In this document: positions 48,395 through 59,853 of the stretch, in pieces | How the letters are laid out: the number at the start of each line of letters is the position of its first letter | How positions within the stretch are numbered: position 1 is the first letter of the stretch | Source: Escherichia coli | GTDB lineage: Bacteria; Pseudomonadota; Gammaproteobacteria; Enterobacterales; Enterobacteriaceae | DNA length: 64,000 nt | Assembly (NCBI RefSeq): GCF_030013595.1 | Contig: NZ_CP122768.1 | Strand: one strand, 5' to 3' | Program-made: the position numbers and the translations under genes | The notes under the pieces: generated by a model | The model's input: the letters and a program-made list of their open reading frames with translations, nothing else | Database searches by the model: none | Told to the model about the DNA's origin: nothing

Positions 48395-48745
48395 TTATTG
48401 GGGTTTACAACATTTAGGTTTGCCAATTCGTCTGGCTAACTCTTGCTGAGTGATTTCTGACTGTAAAAAAGCATTTAACAGCAATACCTTAGAGGCGACA
48501 CTCAAAGGCACTTCAATAAAGTGATCGTGACTATTTAATGGCGAAGGTAACGGGATAAGCTCGTTATCTTCAAAATAAAAATCAAATGCGGTCAGTAAAG
48601 CATCTTTTGCCGCTTCCATCGCTTCAGCAACTGTTTCGCCCTGGGTCAACGCTTCAGGGATATCCACAAAAGAAACCATATAACCGCCTTCCGGCGCGGG
48701 TGTAAGAGTGACGGGATAACGCATAATTTCGACTGTCTCTCGCAT
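48395..48745 (-). pseudogene. hicB: hicB 5' part (truncated antitoxin, toxin-binding domain retained, DNA-binding domain replaced by 5 phage-derived codons)
   Basis: matches recalled HicB up to ...ARRIGKPK then diverges to CCKPQ* at the attR core. Confidence 0.8.
48413..48421. repeat. attR core (TTTAGGTTT)
   Basis: identical to 12559..12567. Confidence 0.5.
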
Positions 48746-48768
48746 GTCATTAACCTTTTTAATTGGCG

Positions 48769-48945
48769 ATTAACTCAAACCGAGTTGCTTCAGGATTGCT
48801 TTACGCAATGGTTCTTTAATCTCATCGCAGGGGTGACGCGGCATGACACTGCGCCTCCCGTGAAACCTGAGTTTTAAATGGTTGCTGCCATTCGCTACAT
48901 CGACGCCCTGAGATTCGAGCCAACGTCTGAACTCGCTTTGTTTCA
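48769..48945 (-). CDS. hicA: HicA mRNA interferase toxin
   Basis: 58 aa from GTG start: VKQSEFRRWLESQGVDVANGSNHLKLRFHGRRSVMPRHPCDEIKEPLRKAILKQLGLS; below the ORF-track size cut-off. Confidence 0.8.
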
Positions 48946-49167
48946 CATCGCCTCCCTGCCGCTGAGTATATCAACAAAGTAAACATTAGTGTTTACCTCC
49001 GTGTGTAATTTGCTCGAAAATAGCACTAAATCGCCGCAACGGCAGAATGCAATGCAAAATCAGGAAGGAAGATTCCAGAATTTCTTTGCGCTAATTTGCA
49101 AAACTGAATAATAACCTCAAGAAACTATCGGCATCATAGCGGCAAAAGGTGAGAAAAAGGTGGCGGG

Positions 49168-49398
49168 ATGTTTACGAAGGCGTTATCGGTTGTCTTATTA
49201 ACGTGTGCGCTGTTCTCAGGACAACTCATGGCAGGGCACAAAGGACATGAATTTATGTGGGTAAAGAATGTGGATCATCAGCTACGTCATGAAGCGGACA
49301 GCGATGAATTGCGTGCCGTGGCGGAAGAGTCGGCGGAAGGTTTGCGCGAGCATTTTTACTGGCAAAAATCGCGCAAACCAGAAGCGGGACAACGTTGA
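49168..49398 (+). CDS. yncJ: small secreted protein YncJ
   Basis: 76 aa with signal peptide; matches recalled YncJ. Confidence 0.8.
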   Translation: MFTKALSVVLLTCALFSGQLMAGHKGHEFMWVKNVDHQLRHEADSDELRAVAEESAEGLREHFYWQKSRKPEAGQR

Positions 49399-49489
49399 GT
49401 CATTTATTGCCGGATGCGGCGTGACGCCTTACCCGGCCAACAATATCATGCAGATTCAATAAGTTGTGAGTAACCAGAAAACTGGCGTT

Positions 49490-51493
49490 TTACCCTTTTC
49501 GCTTCGGCAATGTTTTCAGCAGCTCATCCGGACTTACGGAGGCGACAACACTTCCCGGTAACGGCATTTTCAGAATGTGATTTTTAATTTTGCCGATGAC
49601 GTGCATCTCGCATGGGCGGCAATCAAACTTTAGCGTTAATACTTCATCGCCGTTAACCAGTTGCATTGGCGTCGCCTTCCAGCTTTTGATATTGCCTTTC
49701 GCCTGTTTCGGGCACAGATTGAAGGCAAAGCGCAGACAATGCTTAGTGATCATCACCGGGACTTCGCCCTTCTCTTCATGTGCCTCATACGCCGCGTCAA
49801 TCAGCTGCACACCGTAGCGATGATAAAATTCACGCGCTTTCTGGTTGTATACGTTCGCGAGGAAACTCAGATGCGTTTGCGGATAAACCGGCGCAGGATC
49901 AGCAACCGGTTTACGGCTGCCCCGCTGGTAACCGGCAAGACGTGCAGCATCCAGCATGTCGGCGGCTTCACGGCGGAACTGGTTTAACAGACTGTTTGGT
50001 ACAAACAGCGCACCCGGCAAATTAATTTGCACATCGCGGGCGTAATAGATGGTTTGCCCCAGTTTTGCCAGACCATCCTTTAGATTGTTCATTGCTTTTT
50101 CGGCGTTATTGGCTTCGTCGAACTGCCCGTCCAGCGTATGCATGATGCTGACACCCTCTTCACTGGTGAGGGTCAGAATCAGTTGTTCCTGCCAGCCGCC
50201 CAGTTCAATGTCTACCGCCACCCGACGTTCGCTGGATGTTTTGGTCAGTGCCTGCTGCCAGTTATGATCAAGATTACGGTTTAGTGGGTGATGCGGGCGA
50301 ATTTTGTGCAACTCTGCTGGCATTTCATTGGGCCAGACGCGGTACTGATTTTCTCCGGTTTTCTCGACCGTATTGGCACGAAAGCCGACGACTTCACGTT
50401 TAATCATCACGTTCAGGCCATCGCCATTTGCCAGTGGTTCGGAAACGGCAACATCGAGATGATCTTTCGCCACTTTCAATACTTCACCCACCGGCAGGCC
50501 GATAAATTTCGGCGAATCGAACGCGCCAATATCGCCTTTACGGGCATTCACAAAATAATCTGTGCTACCACGGTGGAAAGTCTTTTCCGTCGATGGAACA
50601 AAGAAATGTTCAGTACGACCTGATGAAGCACGCGTCAGATCGACACGTTCTTCAATAATGGCATCCAGCATCTGGCGATAATGGGCGGTGATATTCTTCA
50701 CGTAGCTCATATCTTTGTAACGCCCTTCAATCTTGAAGGAGCGTACGCCAGCATCAATCAGCGCGCCGAGGTTGGCAGTCTGATCGTTATCTTTCATCGA
50801 CAGCAGATGTTTTTCATAGGAAACCACCCGCCCCTGATCGTCTTTCAATGTGTATGGCAAACGGCACGCCTGCGAGCAATCGCCACGGTTGGCGCTACGC
50901 CCTGTTTGCGCATGAGAAATGTAGCACTGACCCGAATAGGCCACGCACAGTGCGCCATGAATAAAGAATTCAATGGTCGCGTCCGTGGCCTGGTGAATCG
51001 CGCGGATCTGCTCAAGATTCAGTTCTCGCGCCAGCACAATCTGCGTGAAGCCAACATCAGAGAGGAACTTCGCTTTTTCTACTGTACGAATGTCGCACTG
51101 CGTACTGGCGTGCAGTTCAATCGGCGGAATATCAAGTTCCAGAATCCCCATATCCTGAACAATCAGCGCATCGACGCCGGTCTGGTAGAGGTCAGTAATC
51201 AGCCGTTGCGCGGGTTCCAGCTCATCATCATGCAAAATTGTGTTAAGCGTGACGAAAATTTTTGCACCATAACGATGGGCAAACGGCACCAGCTCGGCAA
51301 TATCTTTCAGGCTATTACTGGCATTATGACGGGCACCAAAACCAGGGCCGCCGATATAAACAGCATCGGCACCGTGCAAAATAGCTTCGCGGGCAATGGC
51401 GGCATCGCGTGCCGGACTTAACAGTTCAAGACGATGAGAAGATACAGTCACTTTCTTATCCAGTAGCTGAAAAATGGCGGCTATTTTAGCCAC
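49490..51493 (-). CDS. rlhA: U32-family peptidase-like protein YdcP / RlhA (23S rRNA hydroxycytidine synthesis)
   Basis: 667 aa ORF; U32 family features with Cys-rich C-terminal region; conserved neighbourhood; start codon uncertain. Confidence 0.75.
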   Translation of the reverse strand: MAKIAAIFQLLDKKVTVSSHRLELLSPARDAAIAREAILHGADAVYIGGPGFGARHNASNSLKDIAELVPFAHRYGAKIFVTLNTILHDDELEPAQRLITDLYQTGVDALIVQDMGILELDIPPIELHASTQCDIRTVEKAKFLSDVGFTQIVLARELNLEQIRAIHQATDATIEFFIHGALCVAYSGQCYISHAQTGRSANRGDCSQACRLPYTLKDDQGRVVSYEKHLLSMKDNDQTANLGALIDAGVRSFKIEGRYKDMSYVKNITAHYRQMLDAIIEERVDLTRASSGRTEHFFVPSTEKTFHRGSTDYFVNARKGDIGAFDSPKFIGLPVGEVLKVAKDHLDVAVSEPLANGDGLNVMIKREVVGFRANTVEKTGENQYRVWPNEMPAELHKIRPHHPLNRNLDHNWQQALTKTSSERRVAVDIELGGWQEQLILTLTSEEGVSIMHTLDGQFDEANNAEKAMNNLKDGLAKLGQTIYYARDVQINLPGALFVPNSLLNQFRREAADMLDAARLAGYQRGSRKPVADPAPVYPQTHLSFLANVYNQKAREFYHRYGVQLIDAAYEAHEEKGEVPVMITKHCLRFAFNLCPKQAKGNIKSWKATPMQLVNGDEVLTLKFDCRPCEMHVIGKIKNHILKMPLPGSVVASVSPDELLKTLPKRKG

Positions 51494-51523
51494 AAGCGCG
51501 ACGTTGCGAAATAGTTTTCCCGC

Positions 51524-52060
51524 TTAACTGCGCGGGTAATGGATGAGGGAATGAAAATGTACGGTTTGCTCCCCTCCATTACGATAGACATGCGTGACGT
51601 CTGCAGCAAATCGAGCGCCTTCCCCACAATTAAGGCTCTGCCATTCACCATCAACGCACAGATCAAGTTGTCCATCAATGACGACGACATGTTCGATTAC
51701 CCCCTTCTCATGGGGCGTCGATTCGCTTATTGCACCGGGTGCCATCTGAATCGAGAAGTGTTCAAAGCAGAGTTGTGGATCATAAGGAAACAGCGAAGTG
51801 ATCACCATCGCCTGCCGTTGTGGATCATAAACTGAAGGCGTAGCGGACTGCGGCGGAGAAATAAATGTTGAAAATGGCACGTTCAACCCGGTGGCAATTT
51901 TCCATAATGTCGCGACCGTCGGGCTGGATTCATTACGCTCAATCTGCCCTAACATCGCTTTAGAAACGCCCGTCGCTTCTGCCAGTCGCGAAAGACTCCA
52001 GCCGCGCTGCTGACGTAGTTGTTTAAGTGTGGTGGATAAAAAGCGAGCGAGATTTTCCAT
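51524..52060 (-). CDS. sutR: XRE-HTH plus cupin regulator SutR (YdcN)
   Basis: 178 aa; N-terminal HTH LRQQRGWSLSRLAEATGVSKAMLGQIERNES then cupin domain. Confidence 0.8.
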   Translation of the reverse strand: MENLARFLSTTLKQLRQQRGWSLSRLAEATGVSKAMLGQIERNESSPTVATLWKIATGLNVPFSTFISPPQSATPSVYDPQRQAMVITSLFPYDPQLCFEHFSIQMAPGAISESTPHEKGVIEHVVVIDGQLDLCVDGEWQSLNCGEGARFAADVTHVYRNGGEQTVHFHSLIHYPRS

Positions 52061-52151
52061 GCGACTCCTCCGGCAAAACGGAAGTTTATCACTTGTGCGT
52101 TATAACGGACAAATGCTACGGTACCTGTACGTTATAACGCACGAGGTGACT

Positions 52152-53324
52152 ATGCGTCTGTTTTCTATTCCTCCACCCACGCTACTGGCGGGGTTTCTGG
52201 CGGTATTAATTGGCTACGCCAGTTCAGCGGCAATAATCTGGCAAGCAGCGATTGTCGCCGGAGCCACCACTGCACAAATCTCTGGCTGGATGACGGCGCT
52301 GGGGCTGGCAATGGGCGTCAGTACGCTGACTCTGACATTATGGTATCGCGTACCTGTTCTCACCGCATGGTCAACGCCTGGCGCGGCTTTGTTGGTCACC
52401 GGATTACAGGGACTAACACTTAACGAAGCCATCGGCGTTTTTATTGTCACCAACGCGTTAATAGTCCTCTGCGGCATAACGGGACTCTTTGCTCGTCTGA
52501 TGCGCATTATTCCGCACTCGCTTGCGGCGGCAATGCTTGCCGGGATTTTATTACGCTTTGGTTTACAGGCGTTTGCCAGTCTGGATGGTCAATCTACGTT
52601 GTGTGGAAGTATGTTGCTGGTATGGCTGGCAACCAAGGCCGTTGCGCCGCGCTATGCGGTAATTGCCGCGATGATTATTGGGGTCGTGATCGTTATCGCG
52701 CAAGGTGACGTTGTCACAACTGATGTTGTCTTTAAACCCGTTCTCCCCACTTATATTAGCCCTGATTTTTCGTTTGCTCACAGCCTGAGCGTTGCACTCC
52801 CCCTTTTTCTGGTGACGATGGCATCGCAAAACGCACCGGGTATCGCAGCAATGAAAGCCGCCGGATATTCAGCTCCTGTTTCGCCATTAATTGTATTTAC
52901 TGGATTGCTGGCACTGGTTTTTTCCCCTTTCGGCGTTTATTCCGTCGGTATTGCGGCAATCACCGCGGCTATTTGCCAAAGCCCGGAAGCGCATCCGGAT
53001 AAAGATCAACGTTGGCTGGCAGCTGCCGTTGCCGGCATTTTCTATTTGCTCGCAGGTTTGTTTGGTAGTGCCATTACCGGGATGATGGCTGCCCTGCCCG
53101 TAAGTTGGATCCAGATGCTGGCAGGTCTGGCGCTGTTAAGTACCATTGGCGGCAGTTTGTATCAGGCGCTGCATAATGAGCGTGAGCGAGACGCGGCGGT
53201 GGTGGCATTTCTGGTAACGGCAAGTGGATTGACGCTGGTCGGGATTGGTTCTGCGTTCTGGGGATTAATTGCCGGAGGCGTTTGTTACGTGGTGTTGAAT
53301 TTAATCGCTCACAGAAACCGATAA
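52152..53324 (+). CDS. ydcO: BenE-family benzoate transporter-like membrane protein YdcO
   Basis: ORF 52029..53324 trimmed to MRLFSIPPPTLLAG...; multi-TM. Confidence 0.8.
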   Translation: MRLFSIPPPTLLAGFLAVLIGYASSAAIIWQAAIVAGATTAQISGWMTALGLAMGVSTLTLTLWYRVPVLTAWSTPGAALLVTGLQGLTLNEAIGVFIVTNALIVLCGITGLFARLMRIIPHSLAAAMLAGILLRFGLQAFASLDGQSTLCGSMLLVWLATKAVAPRYAVIAAMIIGVVIVIAQGDVVTTDVVFKPVLPTYISPDFSFAHSLSVALPLFLVTMASQNAPGIAAMKAAGYSAPVSPLIVFTGLLALVFSPFGVYSVGIAAITAAICQSPEAHPDKDQRWLAAAVAGIFYLLAGLFGSAITGMMAALPVSWIQMLAGLALLSTIGGSLYQALHNERERDAAVVAFLVTASGLTLVGIGSAFWGLIAGGVCYVVLNLIAHRNR

Positions 53325-53358
53325 TAAAAAGCGCCATCTTACGATGGCGCGGCTGGAA

Positions 53359-54027
53359 TTACTTTTTGTTAACGTCAAACATAGTGGCATCGGTCGCCAT
53401 GTCATCAATAACTTGTTTAATATTTTCGAAAGCCATTGGCGTACTTTCGTTATTCAGGTCTTTACCTTCGCCCTGACGAACGACTTTGATAACCGGTTTA
53501 TTAGTCGCTGCATCAATCAGCTCACCTTCAAAATAGAGGCGAGTATCCATGGTACGGTGGCCCGTCGCCATTTGCGTCCCCGCGACCACTAATGCGACAG
53601 GAACCACTTCATAGAATTGCAGCCCTTCTTTGCTGGTATCAACACCGGTAATGGCCCCACGGAAAATCAGACTACGCGGCCCAGCGGTGGTAACCAGTGG
53701 TTTACGCTGCGCTATCGCTTCTTTCATTTCGGTGTTGGTATAGTTCAAAATTTTATCCAGAACTTTCTGCCCTACCTGGGTTGAAGGTTTCGGTACCGGA
53801 TAATAAGTGATTGGGTTCCAGACGATGCTGTCATATTTGCTTTGATCAAAACTCGGGTCTACCCAACGTAAAACAGGTTTACCTGTTGCTGAGGTTGTTT
53901 CTTTTAAATCAGAGTAATTGTTTAAAAAACCAGAATATTTATCTGGCTGGGTGATTTTAGAGGCACAACCAGACAGAGCCAACAAGCCGCATAAAGCTGC
54001 AACTTTCGCAAATGATGTGGTACGCAT
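53359..54027 (-). CDS. ydcL: lipoprotein YdcL
   Basis: 222 aa with lipobox LALSGC. Confidence 0.8.
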   Translation of the reverse strand: MRTTSFAKVAALCGLLALSGCASKITQPDKYSGFLNNYSDLKETTSATGKPVLRWVDPSFDQSKYDSIVWNPITYYPVPKPSTQVGQKVLDKILNYTNTEMKEAIAQRKPLVTTAGPRSLIFRGAITGVDTSKEGLQFYEVVPVALVVAGTQMATGHRTMDTRLYFEGELIDAATNKPVIKVVRQGEGKDLNNESTPMAFENIKQVIDDMATDATMFDVNKK

Positions 54028-54329
54028 GAATAGTTTCCTGAGATGATTATATTACTTTCTAAGTTATAGCAAAAAGCGCCGCTTCGTGTTGTGGCAAAAA
54101 AAGTGTTGGTGAAAATAAATTTTTTAGCCCCTTTTCAGACGACATAGTCAATGCCGAAAAAGGGGCTAAGTCAATCATCAGTAGTTAAATTTCAGTAAGT
54201 TAAGCGGCTAAAAAACTTCGACTACTGTGATTAATTTCACATCCCTTCGATAAAAAATATGCTTACCGAAAAGAAGAACAGTAAACCATCTCAGCGTGGG
54301 GAATTTTCACGCGCTTTGTTCTTACCGGA

Positions 54330-54923
54330 TCATTTTTTACGTGCCAGCATCGTGGCGAAACGCAGTTTAATACGATTACCGTTGGCGTCGGTACGGTGCA
54401 GCTCGCCGACGTCTTCATTGTATTTCACCCTCTCCCAGCCTTCGTAATATCGACGTAATTCTCCCTCTTTGAATGCAAACGGGAAGCCGACGGTACATGG
54501 ATAATCAGCGGTATCCATCGCCGCCACAATCAGGTTGTAACCGCCAGGTTTAGTGCAACGTTGCATATTGGCAATCAGCCCTGGGATGGTTTTAGCCTCA
54601 AGGAACATCAGCACCACAGTCGAAATAATAAAATCGTACTGTCCATCAAATGTGAGGTTATTCAGATCAACGACCCGGGTGTGTAAATTATCCAGATTTT
54701 CAATGGACTTAATGCGCTCGACGTTGGCGATACTCATGGCATTTTTATCCCATGCGTCAACATCATAACCATTGGCTGCCAGGTAAAGACTGTTACGACC
54801 ATTGCCACAGCCCAGATCCAGCGTTTTGCCCGGTTTAACCACTTTCACCGCTTCCAGCACTTCAGAGTGTGTGCGGGTTAATTCATATTTATCAGTAAAA
54901 TAGTTTTCATCACGAATGATCAT
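54330..54923 (-). CDS. tehB: tellurite methyltransferase TehB (SAM-dependent)
   Basis: 197 aa; SAM-binding motif [15 protein letters not shown]. Confidence 0.85.
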   Translation of the reverse strand: MIIRDENYFTDKYELTRTHSEVLEAVKVVKPGKTLDLGCGNGRNSLYLAANGYDVDAWDKNAMSIANVERIKSIENLDNLHTRVVDLNNLTFDGQYDFIISTVVLMFLEAKTIPGLIANMQRCTKPGGYNLIVAAMDTADYPCTVGFPFAFKEGELRRYYEGWERVKYNEDVGELHRTDANGNRIKLRFATMLARKK

Positions 54924-55912
54924 TCTTTGTCCTCTGCTTTCATTAAAACGGCGCGCTCGGTTCTGACTAACAATTTTCCCTGCATCAGAAGCGCAAAAGT
55001 ACGGATGAGCAGTATTGCAATAATAAAATTGGTAAAGATAAACAGCGGCACCGCCAGCGTATGAAAAAATCCATTATCGCTGCCACTCCCCATATGCAAA
55101 CCGGTGGTTGCCAGTGCAGATACGCCGAACGAGAAACTCCAGAATGAAGCATTAAATGGCTGGGAGAGATACCATGGCATCAGACGTAGCATAAACAGCA
55201 GTTGCAGCAGCCCATAACCGAAAAGCATTTTCGCCAGCGTGTCACCCTCGCCGCCGTTGACGCTTAGCCAGGCACTACAGGCCACCAGCGCAGGAGCGAG
55301 CTGAATGCCGAGTGATGTCCGCAGTGCCGTGGGTAATTCTCCCGAACTGCGCAGACGCTGCAAGATCACCGGTTCAAGGCTTAGCCATGAGAAAACGCCT
55401 GCGCCTAAAAACACCAGACCGGCGTCGGTGTAGCCCAACGCACCACAGGCCATTGCGCTGATAAAGTTGTTGGCAACTGTCGGCAGATACAGTCCAGGCG
55501 TGGTAGCTTCTTCAGGGTGAGATCCGCGCCATAATCCCGCAGTTTGCCATGCGGCATAAGCCAGTTGCACCACGACACCAAAACTGAACAGGCACACCGC
55601 CAGTGGGCGAAACCACGGAACAAAACCAATCGCCACCAGCATCGTCGTTGCCGGAAACAAACTCACAAAACTGCTCAGCACTGGATGGCGCACTTCCGCC
55701 AGCACGCTATGCGGAAAGCGTATGAGTCGGGTAATAAATGCGCTAGTTAATAATCCCCAGATGATCATCGCCAGAATCACCAGCCCATCCCCTAACCAGT
55801 GGCTGACCTGCCAAACCTGGCTGGCATAGCGCCAGGCAAATCCCATCCCTATCGTCCCCAACACAATACCAAAGTAGCCTGCCGGCAAATTGAGCACTTT
55901 ATCGCTCTGCAT
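54920..55912 (-). CDS. tehA: tellurite resistance / dicarboxylate-type transporter TehA
   Basis: ORF 54920..56020 trimmed to [15 protein letters not shown]... (330 aa, 10 TM); overlaps tehB start. Confidence 0.85.
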   Translation of the reverse strand: MQSDKVLNLPAGYFGIVLGTIGMGFAWRYASQVWQVSHWLGDGLVILAMIIWGLLTSAFITRLIRFPHSVLAEVRHPVLSSFVSLFPATTMLVAIGFVPWFRPLAVCLFSFGVVVQLAYAAWQTAGLWRGSHPEEATTPGLYLPTVANNFISAMACGALGYTDAGLVFLGAGVFSWLSLEPVILQRLRSSGELPTALRTSLGIQLAPALVACSAWLSVNGGEGDTLAKMLFGYGLLQLLFMLRLMPWYLSQPFNASFWSFSFGVSALATTGLHMGSGSDNGFFHTLAVPLFIFTNFIIAILLIRTFALLMQGKLLVRTERAVLMKAEDKE

Positions 55913-56035
55913 CTTCTTACTCATTTTGTTTAATTTATAAAGTATATTTGAAATGCATTTTATGGAATTTTCTCGAGCATAGCCAGAGCCGCAGAATTTG
56001 CTACGGTTATAGTAAGTCACCTGTGGGAAAACGCT

Positions 56036-57016
56036 ATGCGCAAATATCGTCTAAGTGAAGAACAGCGAGCCTTTAGTTATCAGGAAGATGGCACTAAAAA
56101 AAGTGTGTTATTACGGCAGATTATCGCCATTAGCGATTTTAACGATGTGATAGCAGGAACCGCTGGCGGCTGGATCGATCGCGAAACGGTGTTAGCACAG
56201 GAAGGAAATTGCTGGATTTACGACCAGAATGCTATTGCGTTCGGCGGAGCGGTGATTTCCGGTAATACGCGTATCACCGGCACCAGCGTGCTGTGGGGAG
56301 AGGTTTACGCAACGGATAACGTCTGGATCGATAATAGTGAAATCAGCCAGGGTGCATATATAAGTGACAGCGTCACCATTCATGACTCATTAGTTTACGG
56401 GCAATGTAGAATATTTGGTCACGCCTTAATTGATCAACATTCTATGATCGTCGCCGCACAAGGCTTAACGCCCGACCATCAACTCCTGCTCCAAATTTAT
56501 GATCGCGCAAGGGTTAGCGCCTCGCGTATTGTCCACCAGGCACAAATTTATGGCGATGCCGTCGTCCGGTATGCTTTTATTGAACATCGCGCCGAAGTTT
56601 TTGATTTTGCCAGCGTTGAAGGTAATGAAGAGAACAACGTCTGGCTATGCGATTGCGCTAAAGTCTACGGTCACGCGCAGGTGAAAGCTGGCATAGAAGA
56701 AGATGCCATTCCGACGATTCATTACAGTTCGCAGGTGGCGGAATATGCCATTGTGGAAGGTAATTGTGTGTTAAAACATCATGTCTTGATTGGCGGAAAT
56801 GCCGTGGTATGTGGCGGACCGATTCTGCTCGACGAGCACGTTGTCATACAAGGTGAGAGCCGTATTACAGGTGCGGTGATAATTGAAAACCATGTGGAGT
56901 TAACCGACCACGCCGTCGTTGAAGCCTTTGATGGCGACACGGTTCATGTCCGTGGTCCAAAAGTCATTAACGGCGAGGAACGCATTACTCGAACGCCACT
57001 GGCAGGGTTATTGTGA
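56036..57016 (+). CDS. ydcK: hexapeptide-repeat protein YdcK
   Basis: 326 aa with repeated beta-helix turns. Confidence 0.8.
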   Translation: MRKYRLSEEQRAFSYQEDGTKKSVLLRQIIAISDFNDVIAGTAGGWIDRETVLAQEGNCWIYDQNAIAFGGAVISGNTRITGTSVLWGEVYATDNVWIDNSEISQGAYISDSVTIHDSLVYGQCRIFGHALIDQHSMIVAAQGLTPDHQLLLQIYDRARVSASRIVHQAQIYGDAVVRYAFIEHRAEVFDFASVEGNEENNVWLCDCAKVYGHAQVKAGIEEDAIPTIHYSSQVAEYAIVEGNCVLKHHVLIGGNAVVCGGPILLDEHVVIQGESRITGAVIIENHVELTDHAVVEAFDGDTVHVRGPKVINGEERITRTPLAGLL

Positions 57017-57547
57017 ATCGATAATAAGCGCGTATAAGTTCACATCATCATAGGCATCATTCAGGAACTCAGCCTGTTTCAGGCAACCTTCAAGGATAAA
57101 ACCATTGCGCAAAGCGACCTGGTTGCTTTGCGCATTGTCCACCCGACATTTGATCACGAAGCGTCTAAGTTCACCAGACTGAGCGTAATGATGAATCAAT
57201 GCCTGCAGCGCCTGAGAAATGATCCCCTGCCCCTGATGAGATTCGTCCAGCCAGTAGCCGATTTCAGCGGTTTTATTCAGTGGTTCAATACGATTAAACG
57301 AGATAACGCCGATAAGTTCATCTTCTTTGAAAATCATGAACATTTTGGCATAGCCGCGTTGATGCAACATCACATTACCCTGCACCGTTTTTCGCGTGTC
57401 CTCTTCACTCTGAACAAACTGCGGCCAGTTTAGCGACTGCTGTAACCAGGTTTTATTTTTACAGATTAACTGATAAAGAGGTATGACATGACTTTCTGCA
57501 ACAGCATGTAATTCAAGTGATTCACTTACTTTTATCGTTTCAGTCAT
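57008..57547 (-). CDS. rimL: ribosomal-protein-serine acetyltransferase RimL
   Basis: ORF 57008..57562 trimmed to [13 protein letters not shown]...; GNAT fold. Confidence 0.85.
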   Translation of the reverse strand: MTETIKVSESLELHAVAESHVIPLYQLICKNKTWLQQSLNWPQFVQSEEDTRKTVQGNVMLHQRGYAKMFMIFKEDELIGVISFNRIEPLNKTAEIGYWLDESHQGQGIISQALQALIHHYAQSGELRRFVIKCRVDNAQSNQVALRNGFILEGCLKQAEFLNDAYDDVNLYALIIDSQ

Positions 57548-57609
57548 CTTATCTCCAGTCAATCCATGCAGTTGTTAAAAAAGCCGCCTGGCTGGCGGCT
57601 TAGGAAAGT

Positions 57610-57834
57610 TTACACCTCTTTGACGCTCTCCTGCTGCAGGATTTTGAGCATCTCATCTTTTAACTGTAACTTTTGTTTTTTCATGCGGACCACTTCCGCA
57701 TTGTACCCTCGACCGTCGGAACCTTCCTTTCTGGCAATTTCATGATCAAGTTTATTGTGTTTATCGAACAAGGACATAAAGCGAGGATTTTCGTTTTTCA
57801 GACGGGATATTAAATCTCGGTATTCTGGAAACAT
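57610..57834 (-). CDS. ydcH: DUF465-type small protein YdcH
   Basis: ORF 57610..57840 trimmed to MFPEYRDLISRLKNENPRF...; 74 aa. Confidence 0.75.
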   Translation of the reverse strand: MFPEYRDLISRLKNENPRFMSLFDKHNKLDHEIARKEGSDGRGYNAEVVRMKKQKLQLKDEMLKILQQESVKEV

Positions 57835-57973
57835 ACGCACTCCCTGTTAGTGGCTGACAAGGTGTATCTGAAATACACACTATCAGATTACTCATTTAAC
57901 TTAGGGAAAAATGCGAGCGGGATCGTGTTTAACCAGACGGCACCTCCCGAAGAAGGTGCCGAAGAAAAAACGA

Positions 57974-59629
57974 TTAACTCATCACGCGGTCGTCAACATA
58001 CTGACGTTTATCCGGCGCTGGCGGGAAATACTGATACAGCCATGTTTCACTGATAGCGTCGCCCTGACAACGCAGATACATCCGCATATCGACCGGATCA
58101 GTGGAGTCCGAAGTCGGATACCAGTCAAACTGAATACGATAACCATCAATGGGTTCAATATAGAGAATTTCGATTTGCTTCGCTTCCCCACTGGAAAGCG
58201 TAATCACCGGCTCAATGCCTTTTGGTGCGGCAGCTTTCAGATCACCACCAACGAAATCGACGGCAAAACGACGCGCCCATTTTTCGGGATAGTGTTCACC
58301 TGGCGCCCAACCTTCCGGGAAACCGCCCATGCCGGTACGCGTCGCCATAACGCGCGCTAATGGGCAATGAACAGGCGGTTGCGCACTCCAGTACAGACGA
58401 TACTGGAATGCAAACTCATCACCCGCTTTTACAGCTTTTTCTGGCTGCCAGAAGCAGACAATGTTATCCAGCGTTTCACCCGTAGTTGGGATTTCCATCA
58501 GGCCGATGGTGCCCTTACCCCACTTGTTACGCGGTTCCACCCACAGACTTGGGCGTTTGTTATACCAGCCCATAATGTCCTGATAATGAGAGAAATCACG
58601 ATCCAGTTGCAATAAACCAAACCCTTTCGGGTTGTTGTCGGTGTAAGCATTGAACTGCAATTTTTGCGGATTGCTCAGCGGACGGCAAATCCACTCGCCG
58701 TTGCCCCGCCACATGGACAGACGATCAGAGTCATGGATTTGCGGATGAATGGTGTCGCACATCCGACGTTCATTAGTACCGCAGCTGAACATGCTGGTCA
58801 TCGGCGCAATGCCCAGCTGTTTAATGTCTTTGCGCGCATACAGGTGATTTTCCACATCCATAATCACCTGACTTTTCTCACAATGGATAGTGAACTTATA
58901 GGCACCAGTAATGCTGGTGCTATCGAGCAACGCATAAACGGTAAAGGTGGTTGCCCCCGGTTTTACCGTATCAAACCAGAAGGCGGTAAAGTCGGGGAAC
59001 TCTTCTTTACTGTCGGTGTAAGTGTCGATCGCCAGGCCGCGAGCCGATAGACCGTATTGATATGTGTCGTCAACGGCGCGGAAATAACTCGCACCGAGGA
59101 ATGATACTACATCACGGCGCGCCAGTTCGGGGGCTTTAAACACGCGAAAACCGGCAAAACCGAGATCGCTTTGCCCTTCTAATTGTTTGGTATCAACACC
59201 CGCATCGTTGTATTTGAACAACTCCGGGCGAAAGTGAATTTCACGCGCCAGATGTGTTGCGGGATCAACAGAAAACATACGAACGCGGCGACGGAAACCC
59301 ATTCCCATATGGAAGAACTGAGCGTCCAGTTGACGGTTCTCAACGTTATGCCAGAGCGATTTTTCGGCGTCGTATTGAATACTGTTATAAGCCTGCGGCG
59401 TCATTGTCGCCAGAGTGTCAGGTAACGGACGCGGCGCACCACGCCACGCGGTTTGCGCTAAGTCGTGCGCCATTGACTGTAGAATGGAGAAGTCAAAACG
59501 CTGGGTTTGCCCGTCGGCAATATCAGAATCTGCCGCGAATGCCGCCTGAGAAAAAAGAGAAGCAATGCCGCTGGTACCGCACACGGCGGCCATAGCCATT
59601 GAACCTTTAATAAATCGTCTACGATCCAT
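57974..59629 (-). CDS. opgD: periplasmic glucan biosynthesis protein OpgD (MdoD)
   Basis: 551 aa with Tat signal [32 protein letters not shown]. Confidence 0.85.
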   Translation of the reverse strand: MDRRRFIKGSMAMAAVCGTSGIASLFSQAAFAADSDIADGQTQRFDFSILQSMAHDLAQTAWRGAPRPLPDTLATMTPQAYNSIQYDAEKSLWHNVENRQLDAQFFHMGMGFRRRVRMFSVDPATHLAREIHFRPELFKYNDAGVDTKQLEGQSDLGFAGFRVFKAPELARRDVVSFLGASYFRAVDDTYQYGLSARGLAIDTYTDSKEEFPDFTAFWFDTVKPGATTFTVYALLDSTSITGAYKFTIHCEKSQVIMDVENHLYARKDIKQLGIAPMTSMFSCGTNERRMCDTIHPQIHDSDRLSMWRGNGEWICRPLSNPQKLQFNAYTDNNPKGFGLLQLDRDFSHYQDIMGWYNKRPSLWVEPRNKWGKGTIGLMEIPTTGETLDNIVCFWQPEKAVKAGDEFAFQYRLYWSAQPPVHCPLARVMATRTGMGGFPEGWAPGEHYPEKWARRFAVDFVGGDLKAAAPKGIEPVITLSSGEAKQIEILYIEPIDGYRIQFDWYPTSDSTDPVDMRMYLRCQGDAISETWLYQYFPPAPDKRQYVDDRVMS

Positions 59630-59853
59630 ACCTGAAAGTGAGTCCTTCTGGTGTTGTGAATGGTCCCGCGCTGGTCGTTTTCAGCGGCAAGAAAGTGCTT
59701 ATTTATGACCGCTCACTCTAGACAATATTTATTAATAATCCAATTGTTGAACTCAGAGAATATGCATTAATCGGCAATTTTTTTATGTCGATGGGATGAG
59801 CCTGATTCGTTTGTAAAATCAGGCAAATTTTTGCAAAGGCGGATGGTCAGAAT

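Larger units (their letters stand above)
12568..48412. mobile_element. integrated siphovirus-type prophage (~35.8 kb) in hicB
   Basis: AT-rich block bounded by the two halves of hicB; contains serine recombinase, terminase, portal, capsid, tape measure, tail fibers and endolysin. Confidence 0.85.

Noticed and set aside
50681-51421. 246-aa plus-strand ORF and others inside rlhA
   Set aside because: Antisense to a conserved host gene.
52029-52151. N-terminal extension of the ydcO ORF (starting MVDKKRARF)
   Set aside because: The extension overlaps the sutR start region on the opposite strand; the conserved protein begins at MRLFSIPPP.
57911-59050. Plus-strand ORFs (149, 82, 128 aa) inside opgD
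   Set aside because: Antisense to a well-supported gene with a Tat signal.
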